Below are positions 47,480 to 57,385 of a DNA stretch of 64,000 nucleotides, piece by piece. Positions within the stretch are counted from its first letter, which is position 1, and each line of letters begins with the position of its first letter. Both the position numbers and the translations under genes were made by a program. This DNA is from a bacterium (lineage in GTDB: Bacteria; Patescibacteriota; Patescibacteriia; UBA1558; UBA10009), in NCBI GenBank assembly GCA_018672055.1, contig JABHGM010000001.1, positions 824,093-888,092 of the forward strand. Reading direction: 5' to 3'. The notes under the pieces are model-generated. The model saw nothing but the letters and a program-made list of their open reading frames with translations. It did no database searches and had not been told where the DNA came from.

Positions 47480-48475
47480 TTATATTATATTAGCTTTATT
47501 TGAAGGAAAAGTTACTGCTTCTTTAATGTCAGAAGTACCCATTATCCATTGAATAATACGAGCCATGCCAAAACCACAACCTGAATGAGGTACACTGCCT
47601 TTTTTTAATTGATCTATATACCAACTAAAATCATCTATACTACCACCCATTTTTAATAATCGTTTAAACATTTTTGAATTTTTAAGTCTAGCTACCATTT
47701 CATCAGCAATATGTACGCGAGCAGCAGAACCTACTGATTCACCACCAAAAGGTAAAATTAGATCACTTGATAATACTCTACCTGGATTACTTGGATCAGG
47801 TAACATATTAAAGAACTTCTCTACTTCGATTTCTTTACCATGATCTACCATTGGATCTGGGTAACGTGTTATAAAAACAGGTTGGTTATCAAAATGTTCA
47901 ATTAATAACTTTTCACGAGCAGATGATATATCATCACCCCATTCAATTGATTCACCTTTTTCTTTAAGCAAATCTATTGCTTCATCATAAGTTACTTTAG
48001 GAAAAACATCAGGACATCTTTCTAATCTTTCTAAAGTTTCTTTTGATAAACCAATATCTTTAGTTTTAGAAACTTCAAGTAGTTGTTTAGCTATACCTGT
48101 AATAAAAGCTTCTATTTCTTCAAGCAACTGATCAAAACCACCAGCAAATTCTATTTCCATCATCATAAACTCGGTTAAATGCCTATCATCTACAGTACCC
48201 TCTGCTCTAAATGAAGGACCAGTACAATATACCTTTTTAAGTTCTGGTACCAAAGCTTCTAAGTAAAGCTGACCAGTTTGAGCAAGATATGCTTTACTAC
48301 CAAACCATTCATGGTCTTTATCAACAGAAACTTCGAATAATGTATTAACATTTTCGCATGCTCCTGTAGCCCTTACTATACGTGGGACTATTACTTCAGT
48401 AAAACCGCGCTTTTCTAAGCTGTTTCTACCAGCTTTAATAATCTCTGAAATAGCAGATACATTGTCTTTGATCAT
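47480..48475 (-). CDS. class II aaRS-like catalytic-domain protein; probable archaeal-type asparagine synthetase A (AsnRS paralog)
   Basis: 331 aa without an anticodon-binding domain. Motif 2-like GPSFRAEG and DRHLTEFMMMEIE. Confidence 0.5.
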   Translation of the reverse strand: MIKDNVSAISEIIKAGRNSLEKRGFTEVIVPRIVRATGACENVNTLFEVSVDKDHEWFGSKAYLAQTGQLYLEALVPELKKVYCTGPSFRAEGTVDDRHLTEFMMMEIEFAGGFDQLLEEIEAFITGIAKQLLEVSKTKDIGLSKETLERLERCPDVFPKVTYDEAIDLLKEKGESIEWGDDISSAREKLLIEHFDNQPVFITRYPDPMVDHGKEIEVEKFFNMLPDPSNPGRVLSSDLILPFGGESVGSAARVHIADEMVARLKNSKMFKRLLKMGGSIDDFSWYIDQLKKGSVPHSGCGFGMARIIQWIMGTSDIKEAVTFPSNKANII

Positions 48476-48655
48476 AATGTTTTTTTGTTAAATGATAAAA
48501 AAAATAACCTCATTACTGAGGTTTTTGATTAGAAAATTTAAAGAATGGTTTTATCTTGAGGAATTTCCATTTTACCACTCTTATTTTATTCATATTAAAT
48601 ATAATAATACTCCTTATATGAATAATAATCAAGGTTCTTTATCCACAGCTAGAAA

Positions 48656-48922
48656 TTATTCTGACCATTGTCTACATTCTGGCTCTAATAAAGTTTCGCA
48701 ATACATTTCTGTACAACCTAATACTTGTTCATTTATAATAATACAATCATTACAACCATCAAACCAAGTAACACATTCATTTGGAATAACTGATAAATCA
48801 ATATTTTCATAAAGTATAGGTTCTGTATTTACTGGTTCAATAACTTCATCAGTAACCACTTTAGTACAACCAGTTAATATTACTACAAGTAATAATATAA
48901 TTATCACTTTTCTTGTTAACAT
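48656..48922 (-). CDS. small Cys-rich putative lipoprotein
   Basis: Lipobox LTGC. 7 Cys in the C-terminal 50 aa. Confidence 0.4.
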   Translation of the reverse strand: MLTRKVIIILLLVVILTGCTKVVTDEVIEPVNTEPILYENIDLSVIPNECVTWFDGCNDCIIINEQVLGCTEMYCETLLEPECRQWSE

Positions 48923-48927
48923 ATATT

Positions 48928-50424
48928 TTATTTTAATTTATTTTTAAATAAATCTTCTAATACTTGAGGATCAGCTTTACCTTTAGTTTCTTTCATAGCT
49001 TGACCTATAAAAAATTTAATTAAAGGTTCTTTACCAGACTTATACTCTTTAACTTGATCTGGATTATTTTTAACTATTTTCTCTATTATTTTATTTAACT
49101 TCTTGGTATCACCTACCTGAGACAAATCTTTCTCATCTAATATATTACTAGGATCACCACCTGTATCAAACATCTCTTTAAATAATACTTGAGCCGATGT
49201 AGAGTTCACTTTTCTAGAAAATACTAAAGTAATAAACTCAGCAAAGTTTTCTGGAGTTATTTTTATATCACTAATACTTGTATTATTCTCTTTAAATAAT
49301 TTAAATAATTCTGAAGTAATCCAACCAAAAACTGATTTAACTAATTTTACTTTACTCTGCTCCCATATCTCTTCACTTGAACCTTCCATACCATCTAACG
49401 ATTCTAACCAACTTCTTGTTTCGCTCATTACTTGTTCAAAATATTTAGCTACACCTTTATCTTCAACTAATAATTTAGCGTCAATGTATTTTAAACCATA
49501 CTCATTAATAAAACGTAATCTTTTTTCTTGAGGAAGTTCTGGTAATGTAGCTTTTAGCTTATTAATCTCATCTTCACTTAATATTAAAGGTTTTAAATCT
49601 GGTTCAGGAAAATACCTATAATCAGCTGATTCTTCTTTATCACGCTGTTCTACTGTTTTTAAAAGCTTTTCATCCCAACCACGAGTTGAAGAATAATCAA
49701 CTGGAGTACTTTTATTCCATAAATCAGTTTGTCTCTTTATCTCATAAGCCAAAGCTCTTTCTACACTTCTAAATGAATTTAAATTCTTTATCTCAGTTTT
49801 AGGATACAACTTATCTTCACCTTCAGGTCTCATACTAATATTTGCATCACATCTCATATGTCCTTTTTCCATATCAGCATCACTTACTTCTAAATAACGA
49901 GCTAGTAATCTAAGTTCTTGTAAGTACACCCTAGCTTGTTCAGGAGTTCTAAAATCAGGCTCTGAAACTATTTCCATAAGAGGAGCTCCACCTCGATTAT
50001 AGTCTACTAATGTTCTATCTTTTGAATGAAAATTCTTAGCAGCATCTTCTTCTAAATGAAGCCTAGTAATACCTATTCTATGATCACCTTCTTTAGTTTT
50101 AACAGTAACATGTCCATTTTCTGATAAAGGTTCATCAAATTGAGAAATTTGATAACCTTTAGATAAATCTGGATAAAAATAGTTCTTACGAGACCAAATA
50201 CTTTTTTTATTTATCTTACAATTTAAAGCCAGAGCCATCATTATGCCAAAATCAATTGCTTGTTTATTAGCAACAGGTAATGTACCAGGATGTGCTAAAC
50301 ATATCTGACAGACATGAGTATTAGGATCTTCTTTATCATTTAAGTTCTGACAATCACAAAACATCTTAGACTTAGTCTTAGACTGAATATGTATTTCTAA
50401 ACCTATTACTGTTTCTAAATTCAT
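48928..50424 (-). CDS. gatB: Asp-tRNA(Asn)/Glu-tRNA(Gln) amidotransferase subunit B
   Basis: N-terminal LETVIGLEIHIQ and the C-terminal GatB/YqeY domain. Confidence 0.9.
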   Translation of the reverse strand: MNLETVIGLEIHIQSKTKSKMFCDCQNLNDKEDPNTHVCQICLAHPGTLPVANKQAIDFGIMMALALNCKINKKSIWSRKNYFYPDLSKGYQISQFDEPLSENGHVTVKTKEGDHRIGITRLHLEEDAAKNFHSKDRTLVDYNRGGAPLMEIVSEPDFRTPEQARVYLQELRLLARYLEVSDADMEKGHMRCDANISMRPEGEDKLYPKTEIKNLNSFRSVERALAYEIKRQTDLWNKSTPVDYSSTRGWDEKLLKTVEQRDKEESADYRYFPEPDLKPLILSEDEINKLKATLPELPQEKRLRFINEYGLKYIDAKLLVEDKGVAKYFEQVMSETRSWLESLDGMEGSSEEIWEQSKVKLVKSVFGWITSELFKLFKENNTSISDIKITPENFAEFITLVFSRKVNSTSAQVLFKEMFDTGGDPSNILDEKDLSQVGDTKKLNKIIEKIVKNNPDQVKEYKSGKEPLIKFFIGQAMKETKGKADPQVLEDLFKNKLK

Positions 50425-50939
50425 AATGTTTTTAAAAATTTAATTCGCTTTTCTAATGGTTCTTGCATGTCCATTGAATAATGCTTTAAACCTATTTCAT
50501 CTGCTTGCTTAATATGATTATCTGGAAAGACTCTTTTTAATCTTCTTCTTAAATCTTTAGGGTTAATAAATAGTTTTGACTTATCTTGCTTAACTCTTTC
50601 CATACTTCTCTCAAAACATATTTTAGGATCAAGTAAGCACCAAACTAAACTTACTTCATATTTATTACTCAATTCTTTAAATTTATTTAAATTAAATTCC
50701 GGATGATTTAAACCAATTTCTAATAATATATTAGATGTATTATCTTTAAAACTTTCATACAACTCTTCATACGCTCCCATTGTCATATTCTCTGGTACAT
50801 CACCTATTTCACTTTTAATTTCTTGAATATGTGTATCAATATCAAATAATTTAAATTCAAGATTTTCTTTTATAAAATGTTCACTTAAATATGTTTTACC
50901 AGAACCAGGTCTACCAATTAAAACAATTAACTTATTCAT
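50421..50939 (-). CDS. P-loop nucleoside/nucleotide kinase-like protein
   Basis: Walker A GRPGSGKTY. Overlaps gatB by 4 nt. Confidence 0.5.
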   Translation of the reverse strand: MNKLIVLIGRPGSGKTYLSEHFIKENLEFKLFDIDTHIQEIKSEIGDVPENMTMGAYEELYESFKDNTSNILLEIGLNHPEFNLNKFKELSNKYEVSLVWCLLDPKICFERSMERVKQDKSKLFINPKDLRRRLKRVFPDNHIKQADEIGLKHYSMDMQEPLEKRIKFLKTL

Positions 50940-50942
50940 ATA

Positions 50943-51539
50943 CTATAGTTCTTTAACTTTCTTTTCAATTATGCTCAAGATATCTTGATGTACTTCATCT
51001 TTAGTTTGGTTAGCATCAACTACTTCCCAATTAAATTGCTCAGATAATTCCATATATTTATCTCTACACTTCTCCATCCATTCATCATTAGTCTCATGTA
51101 AATGATTATCTTCTTTAGCTTCAATAAATCTTTCACCATCAAGTAATATAATAATATCAGCTTTAGTTAAACCATTATTCATCTCTATTAATTTATCTAA
51201 ATCAGCGCCTTTAGTAGAACCCCAAGCTAAGCCAGTACCAATATAATCTTCAGCAACTATATTCATACCTTCTGCTAGTGTCTTACAAAGTATAGGTTGA
51301 TAATCTAATCTATTCTTAGCATAGATACTTTGTAACTCCTCTTCACTTATTTCCTGACTCTTACCACTCCTTAAAATTTCATTAATTTGAGGTCCTGTTG
51401 GCTCTAAGTCATATATGGGGTATTTAAGGTGTTTAACCTCAAGTTTAGCCTTTTTTAAAGCGTCAAGCAGCATCTCTACCTGAGTAGACTTACCAATATT
51501 GTTTATACCGTAGATAACGATAAATAATCCTTCTTTCAT
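50943..51539 (-). CDS. tmk: thymidylate kinase-like protein
   Basis: P-loop GINNIGKST. The EDYIGTGLAWG region resembles the Tmk DRY/lid region. Located beside thyA. Confidence 0.55.
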   Translation of the reverse strand: MKEGLFIVIYGINNIGKSTQVEMLLDALKKAKLEVKHLKYPIYDLEPTGPQINEILRSGKSQEISEEELQSIYAKNRLDYQPILCKTLAEGMNIVAEDYIGTGLAWGSTKGADLDKLIEMNNGLTKADIIILLDGERFIEAKEDNHLHETNDEWMEKCRDKYMELSEQFNWEVVDANQTKDEVHQDILSIIEKKVKEL

Positions 51540-51605
51540 ATAAATATTTTACGTTATTTTAAGCTATTTTACAACATCCTAAATATTTAATATAATAAGG
51601 TAACT

Positions 51606-52418
51606 ATGAAGCAATATTTATCACTTTTAGAAGAAATACTAGAAAAAGGTACTAAAAAAGAAGATAGGACTGGTACTGGTACTATTTCCTTATTTGGAGC
51701 TCAAAGAAGGTATAGCTTAAATCCTAACTTTCCCCTACTTACTACTAAGAAGGTGCATTTAAAGTCCATAATATATGAATTACTTTGGTTTTTAAAAGGT
51801 GATACAAATATTAAATATTTAAATGATAATGGCGTAAGTATCTGGAATGAATGGGCTAATGAAAATGGTGACCTAGGCCCTATTTATGGTAAGCAATGGA
51901 CTGCTTGGGATGGCAAAGATGGGGAAAAGATAAATCAAATTGAAAATGTTTTAGATATGATAAAAAATAATCCTGATTCAAGAAGGATTATAGTAAGTGG
52001 TTGGAACGTAGCAGATTTACAAGATTTAATAAAAGGTAAAAAAACAGCTCCACCACCTTGTCATACAATGTTTCAATTTTATGTAGCTAACAATACCCTG
52101 TCATGTCAGCTTTACCAAAGAAGCGCAGATGTATTCTTAGGCGTACCTTTTAATATAGCGTCATATTCTTTACTTACTATGATGATAGCTCAAGTGACAG
52201 GCTTAAAACCTGGTGAATTTATTCACACTATGGGTGATGTTCATATATATAGTAATCATATGGAACAAGTTAAAAAACAATTAGCTAGAACTCCAAAAGA
52301 ATTACCTGTTATGAAACTAAATCCAGATATTAAGAATATAAATGATTTTAAATTCAAAGACTTTACTTTAGAAGGATATAATCCAGATCCAGGCATTAAA
52401 GCACCAATAGCTATATGA
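51606..52418 (+). CDS. thyA: thymidylate synthase (ThyA)
   Basis: Active-site region [11 protein letters not shown]. Confidence 0.92.
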   Translation: MKQYLSLLEEILEKGTKKEDRTGTGTISLFGAQRRYSLNPNFPLLTTKKVHLKSIIYELLWFLKGDTNIKYLNDNGVSIWNEWANENGDLGPIYGKQWTAWDGKDGEKINQIENVLDMIKNNPDSRRIIVSGWNVADLQDLIKGKKTAPPPCHTMFQFYVANNTLSCQLYQRSADVFLGVPFNIASYSLLTMMIAQVTGLKPGEFIHTMGDVHIYSNHMEQVKKQLARTPKELPVMKLNPDIKNINDFKFKDFTLEGYNPDPGIKAPIAI

Positions 52419-52921
52419 ATTTTTCAATAATAGTAGCCATAGATAAAAAAAGAGGCATTGGTATTAACAATGACCTGCCTTGGCATATAAAAAAAGATTT
52501 AAAACATTTTTCTGAAACTACAATTAGTAAATCAGATAAATTAAATGCTGTTATCATGGGTAGAAAAACTTGGGACTCTTTACCTCAAAACTTTAGACCT
52601 CTTAAAAATAGATTGAATGTTGTACTATCTAGACAAGATAATTTAAGTTTACCAGAAGGCGTTCTACATTTTAAATCTTTAGACGAAGCCTTAAATAATT
52701 TAAATGATTCAAATGAAATATTTATAATAGGTGGCGGTTCACTGTACCATGAAGCTATTAAACATTCTGGGTGTAATAAACTATACATAACTCATGTTGA
52801 TATAGATAAAAACTGTGATACCTTCTTTCCAGAAATACCTGAAAAATTTAAAAAGACTTCTGAATCAGAAGTCCAAACTGAAGATGATTGGAAATTTGTT
52901 TTTACTGAATATGAACGTTAA
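52415..52921 (+). CDS. folA: dihydrofolate reductase
   Basis: [11 protein letters not shown]...LPWH and GGGSLY motifs. Overlaps the thyA stop. Confidence 0.85.
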   Translation: MNFSIIVAIDKKRGIGINNDLPWHIKKDLKHFSETTISKSDKLNAVIMGRKTWDSLPQNFRPLKNRLNVVLSRQDNLSLPEGVLHFKSLDEALNNLNDSNEIFIIGGGSLYHEAIKHSGCNKLYITHVDIDKNCDTFFPEIPEKFKKTSESEVQTEDDWKFVFTEYER

Positions 52922-53343
52922 CGACCTGTAGAGCCAAATCTACCACCTGCCCTAGAGCTACTTGTTAATTCCTCTGTTTCAATTAGTTCTGCTTGTTCAA
53001 AAGGCAAAAATATTAACTGTGCGAGCTTATCGCCTTTTTTTATTTGATATGCTTCATTACTTAAATTTTTTAAACAAATATTATATTCTCCCCTATAACC
53101 TGAGTCATAAACTCCGCCTAATGTATGTAAACCATGCTTATTTGCTAAACCACCTTTATCTTTAACAATAGCTACGTATTTATTTTCAAATTCTATAGTA
53201 AAGCCAATAAAAAAAGTATATCTCTCTCCAGGTTTTAATAATTTATCTTCTAAAGAATACAAATCCATCCCAGCGTCACCAGGATGGCCATATGATGGTA
53301 GGATAGCATCATTATTTAATTTTTTAAATTTAACTTGTAACAT
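52918..53343 (-). CDS. dut: dUTP diphosphatase
   Basis: dUTPase motifs (GYDSGYRGE, RAGGRFGSTG at the C-terminus). Confidence 0.85.
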   Translation of the reverse strand: MLQVKFKKLNNDAILPSYGHPGDAGMDLYSLEDKLLKPGERYTFFIGFTIEFENKYVAIVKDKGGLANKHGLHTLGGVYDSGYRGEYNICLKNLSNEAYQIKKGDKLAQLIFLPFEQAELIETEELTSSSRAGGRFGSTGR

Positions 53344-53370
53344 TCGACTTATAATTCATTCTCTATCTTT

Positions 53371-53955
53371 TTATTTTATCTTTTTATAAATATCTTCAAT
53401 ATTTTTTTTCAAATCATCCAAAGTTCCTTCGTTAATAATAGTATAATCAGCCATTACTATTGGTCCAGCCTTTTCAATATTTTCTATTTCAGCATAATCA
53501 CGAGATTTTGCTTCTTCTGGACTAAAGGATCTATATTTCAAGTTTGGATCTTCACCATAACGACTGCGTCGATCATCAAGCCTAGCATATCTAGTATTAG
53601 GTGAAGCATAAATTGCTATGACAATCATATTGTCAGTAAATTTCTCTTTCAAATACTTATACTCTGACCAACTATATAGACCATCTCCAATTACATTGCC
53701 TTTAGCAAGTCCCTCTTCAAACTTAGGCATATTAAGTATAGCATAAGCAGCAGGCCCATGTTCTTTACGATTTCTTTCTCTAATTGGTCTTTCATTCTCT
53801 TCATTAGGCTCTAAACCCTTTTCTTTTACTTCATCTAAAGTTATTTGACCAAAACGAACATAATGATAATCATGCTTTACAAAAAAATCAGAAATCTCAC
53901 TCTTACCAGAGCCCGTTAAACCAACTAAACAAACTAATTTATTATTCTGAGTCAT
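53371..53955 (-). CDS. P-loop nucleotide kinase (dephospho-CoA-kinase/UPF0200-like)
   Basis: Walker A GLTGSGKS. Sits within the dNTP-metabolism cluster. Confidence 0.45.
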   Translation of the reverse strand: MTQNNKLVCLVGLTGSGKSEISDFFVKHDYHYVRFGQITLDEVKEKGLEPNEENERPIRERNRKEHGPAAYAILNMPKFEEGLAKGNVIGDGLYSWSEYKYLKEKFTDNMIVIAIYASPNTRYARLDDRRSRYGEDPNLKYRSFSPEEAKSRDYAEIENIEKAGPIVMADYTIINEGTLDDLKKNIEDIYKKIK

Positions 53956-53962
53956 TATTTTA

Positions 53963-54478
53963 TTAATTACTTTTATCTGTTTTAATAGCAGAAGTAAATG
54001 CTTTTAGCTCATAATCAATTTTTGTAGAAGGCATTTCTTGTTTATCAATTTCAACTCCACTTTCTGTATAAAACTGAGTAGCTTTAGTATCGTGAAAATC
54101 AGAAAATACTACTATTCTCTTTATTCCAGAAGCTATCATAGCTTTAGCACAATCAGTACAAGACATATTAGTTAGATATGCAGTGGAACCTCTTACTCCG
54201 CCACCATGATTAGTAGCTTGAGCTAAGGCATTAATTTCAGCATGAGCTGTTCGTATACAATGATTATTAACAACCATACATTCATCATCTTCACAATGAG
54301 GTTGACCTGGTAATGATCCATTATATCCTGTAGCTATAACATGCTTATCTTTAACAATAATACAACCACAATGCATTCTTGGACAGGTAGATCTTTCTGA
54401 AGCAATCATAGCTAATTTTAAGAAATATTCGTCCCAGTTTGGTCTTGGTTGTGTTCTACCGAGTGGTAATTTTGACAT
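53963..54478 (-). CDS. dCMP deaminase (cytidine/deoxycytidylate deaminase family)
   Basis: Zinc motifs HAEINAL and CTDCAKAM. Confidence 0.8.
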   Translation of the reverse strand: MSKLPLGRTQPRPNWDEYFLKLAMIASERSTCPRMHCGCIIVKDKHVIATGYNGSLPGQPHCEDDECMVVNNHCIRTAHAEINALAQATNHGGGVRGSTAYLTNMSCTDCAKAMIASGIKRIVVFSDFHDTKATQFYTESGVEIDKQEMPSTKIDYELKAFTSAIKTDKSN

Positions 54479-54534
54479 AAATATATATTTAATAATAATC
54501 CTATTTTAGCAAAATAATTCTCTTCAGGCAAATC

Positions 54535-54561
54535 AAAAAACCTTTAGTTTAAAGGTTTTTT
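54535..54561. terminator. bidirectional terminator (aaaaaaccttta-gtt-taaaggtttttt)
   Basis: 12-bp perfect stem with T-runs on both strands, directly after the rplA stop. Confidence 0.6.
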
Positions 54562-54575
54562 GAGAGATATATATA

Positions 54576-55277
54576 TTATTTATAACTTACACGAATACCT
54601 GGTCCCATTGCGGAACAAATTGAAATACTCTGTATTAAACTACCTTTCAATGATTCAGGTTTAATTCTCTTTAAAGCTTCTAAAAAAGCTTCAATATTTT
54701 CTTTTAACTGTTTATCTTCAAATGATACTTTACCTACCATTAAATGTAGATTAGCAGAATCATCATTTCTAAAATCTACTAAGCCTTTATTTAATTCTTC
54801 AATGGTTTTTTTAATTTCTTTAGTTACTGTACCAATCTTAGGATTAGGCATTAAACCTTTAGGTCCGAGTAACTTAGCAATTTGAGATAAATCTCTCATG
54901 AGTTCTGGTTCACAAACAGCGATTTCAAAATCACATTTACCTGATTTCTTAATTTCTTTAATTAACTCAACACCACCTACTAAATAGGCTCCTGCTTCTT
55001 TAGCTTCTTTTTCTTTCTTAGGACTTACAAAAGCAGCAATTTTTTTAGTTTTACCAGTACCATGAGGTAATTTAACAGTAGAACGTATAGCTTGATCACC
55101 TTTTTTAGGATCAATACCAAGTCTAATATGTACTTCTACTGAAGCATCAAATTTAACAGTTGATGTTTCTTTAACTAATTTTATACCTTCTTCTAAGGTA
55201 TATATCTTTTCTCTATCAACTATTACTTTGGCAACTTTCTCCTTTTTAACTTTTTCTTCTTTAACTGTTTTTTTCAT
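54576..55277 (-). CDS. rplA: 50S ribosomal protein L1
   Basis: L1 family sequence throughout. Downstream of rplK. Confidence 0.9.
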   Translation of the reverse strand: MKKTVKEEKVKKEKVAKVIVDREKIYTLEEGIKLVKETSTVKFDASVEVHIRLGIDPKKGDQAIRSTVKLPHGTGKTKKIAAFVSPKKEKEAKEAGAYLVGGVELIKEIKKSGKCDFEIAVCEPELMRDLSQIAKLLGPKGLMPNPKIGTVTKEIKKTIEELNKGLVDFRNDDSANLHLMVGKVSFEDKQLKENIEAFLEALKRIKPESLKGSLIQSISICSAMGPGIRVSYK

Positions 55278-55340
55278 AACAAAAATTCTTTCTTTTGAGG
55301 TACAAACCCTAATATTTTAGGTCCCTCAATTATATATTAA

Positions 55341-55763
55341 TTAAACATTTAATTTTTTACGATCTTTCTTAATCAAGAACCAATGGAAATAGTATAATGG
55401 GAAACCAATAAGTATTAATGAAATAGAATTAGCTGCTTCTCTTTCTCTGCTTGATCTTAGATAATCAATATTTTCATCTTCTGCTTGCCAAGTTTCATAA
55501 TCTGTTAACCAAGCTTGAATTCTTACTTGATCTGTTTCAGCTACTTCTTCACAAGTTAACAATTCATTAACTTGATTCAATTCCCTATCCATATAGAGAG
55601 GGGCTGGTTTAGAACGTCCATAGTATTCTGTATCAGCTTGAGTGAAAATGTAAACTTTTAAACCAAGTCTAACAATTCCAGATAAGCCAATGATTAAAAC
55701 GATTAAACCAATTGCTGTCATTAAATAGAGATAAACTGGTCTAATCCATGTTGCTTTGCTCAT
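55341..55763 (-). CDS. hypothetical membrane protein inserted between rplK and rplA
   Basis: 2 TM helices. Confidence 0.45.
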   Translation of the reverse strand: MSKATWIRPVYLYLMTAIGLIVLIIGLSGIVRLGLKVYIFTQADTEYYGRSKPAPLYMDRELNQVNELLTCEEVAETDQVRIQAWLTDYETWQAEDENIDYLRSSREREAANSISLILIGFPLYYFHWFLIKKDRKKLNV

Positions 55764-55785
55764 ATTTTTATTTTAAATTAATTAT

Positions 55786-56208
55786 TTATTCAACAATTAA
55801 ACCCATTTGACGAGCAGTGCCTTCAATAATTTTCATAGCTGCTTCAATGTCATTAGCATTAAGATCAGGCATTTTAATTTCAGCTATCTCTTTTACTTGA
55901 GCTTTAGTTACTTTGCCAACTTTTTCACTAAGTGGCTTACCTGAACCTTTTTTAATCTTAGCAGCTTTTTTAAGAAGGTCAGATGCTGGAGGAGTTTTTA
56001 ATTTTAAATCAAAACTTCTATCTTCATAAACACTAATTTCAACAGGTATAATATTACCAGCTTTGTCTTTGGTAGCATCATTAAACTTTGTACAAAATTC
56101 TTGAATATTAAGACCATGTTGTCCAAGTGCTGGACCTACTGGTGGAGCTGGATTTGCTTGACCTGCTCTAATTTGTAACTTAATTACTGTTTTTACTTCT
56201 TTAGCCAT
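55786..56208 (-). CDS. rplK: 50S ribosomal protein L11
   Basis: L11 motifs ([11 protein letters not shown]). Confidence 0.92.
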   Translation of the reverse strand: MAKEVKTVIKLQIRAGQANPAPPVGPALGQHGLNIQEFCTKFNDATKDKAGNIIPVEISVYEDRSFDLKLKTPPASDLLKKAAKIKKGSGKPLSEKVGKVTKAQVKEIAEIKMPDLNANDIEAAMKIIEGTARQMGLIVE

Positions 56209-56213
56209 ATATT

Positions 56214-56759
56214 TTATATCTTTTTAATTTGTAAAAAATCTAGTTCAACTGGTGTTTCACGTCCAAACATAGATACCAATACTTTAACTTTACCTTTAGA
56301 CTCATCTACATTACTAACCTTACCTTCAAGATCTTTAAATGGTCCATCAACAATCTTAACTGGTGATCCAACTGAAACATCAACTTTATAAGTTGGCTCT
56401 TCAACACCCATTCTACGTTTTAATTCTTTAACCTCTTCTTCAGAAACAGGTGTAGGTGTAGTACCAGAACCGACAAAACCAGTTACATTTGGTGTATTAC
56501 GAACTACATACCATGAATCATCAGTTACAATCATATTAACTAGAATATATCCTGGAAATATTTTTTCTCTAACTGTAGTTCTTTTACCATTTTTAATCTT
56601 AATCTTAGTTTCAGTAGGAACTAAAACATCAAAAATCATATCTTCCATATCTAAAGAATCAACTCTTTGTTTTAAGTTATTTGATACGTTTTCCTCATAG
56701 CCTGAGTAAGTATGCAAGACATACCAACGTCTACCTTCCTGCGATGTTTGTTTTGGCAT
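56214..56759 (-). CDS. nusG: transcription antitermination factor NusG
   Basis: NGN domain ([11 protein letters not shown]) and KOW domain. Confidence 0.9.
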   Translation of the reverse strand: MPKQTSQEGRRWYVLHTYSGYEENVSNNLKQRVDSLDMEDMIFDVLVPTETKIKIKNGKRTTVREKIFPGYILVNMIVTDDSWYVVRNTPNVTGFVGSGTTPTPVSEEEVKELKRRMGVEEPTYKVDVSVGSPVKIVDGPFKDLEGKVSNVDESKGKVKVLVSMFGRETPVELDFLQIKKI

Positions 56760-56771
56760 ATTTATTAACGA

Positions 56772-56954
56772 TTAATATACAAAAATTTCTAATATTTTAT
56801 TTAAAAGTAAATCAACAGCACCAAGAAATATGGCTACTGATAATGAAATACCAATTACTAAGAATGTATGATTCTTAGTTTGTTTTTTAGTAGGCCAGAT
56901 TACTTTTTTAAGCTCAATCCTACTCTCTTTTAAATAGTTTATAAGTTTACTCAT
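56772..56954 (-). CDS. secE: preprotein translocase subunit SecE
   Basis: 60 aa with a single TM helix. Precedes nusG. Confidence 0.8.
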   Translation of the reverse strand: MSKLINYLKESRIELKKVIWPTKKQTKNHTFLVIGISLSVAIFLGAVDLLLNKILEIFVY

Positions 56955-57060
56955 ATTTATATGTTTATATAAATTTATTGGTTTTAAAAACAGCCTTTTT
57001 GGGGCTTTTTTAATATATAAACATTACCATTGTTTAAAAAATAAGTCAAGTTTATCCACA

Positions 57061-57088
57061 TTGACATGTATTATACATATGATATATT
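57061..57088 (+). promoter_or_regulatory. sigma70-like promoter TTGACA-16-TATATT (extended -10 TGnTATATT)
   Basis: About 27 nt upstream of the arsR-like gene. Confidence 0.5.
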
Positions 57089-57114
57089 TAGATAGTTATC
57101 TAAATATCTAATTT

Positions 57115-57381
57115 ATGACTTCATTAAGTATTACATTTAAAGCCTTAAGTGATCCAAATAGACGTAAAATATTGGAATTACTTAAAAAAAATAGTATGAG
57201 TGCTGGTCAAATAGCAAAACATTTTAATATTACCCTACCCTCTTTAACCCATCATTTTAATATACTAAAACAAGCTAATTTAATTACTCAAGAACGTAAT
57301 GGACAACAAATAATCTATTCATTAAATTTAAGTGTTTTTGAAGAATTAATGGAAAGCTATTTTAAATTATTTAAAAAATAA
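57115..57381 (+). CDS. ArsR/SdpR-family transcriptional repressor
   Basis: wHTH LSDPNRRKILELL...AGQIAKHFNITLPSLTHHFNILKQANLI. Confidence 0.8.
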   Translation: MTSLSITFKALSDPNRRKILELLKKNSMSAGQIAKHFNITLPSLTHHFNILKQANLITQERNGQQIIYSLNLSVFEELMESYFKLFKK

Positions 57382-57385
57382 TAAT

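Noticed and set aside
48492-48812. 106-aa plus-strand ORF overlapping the Cys-rich lipoprotein gene
   Set aside because: The translation has no features. The opposite-strand ORF has a lipobox and a structured Cys pattern, so the minus-strand gene was preferred.
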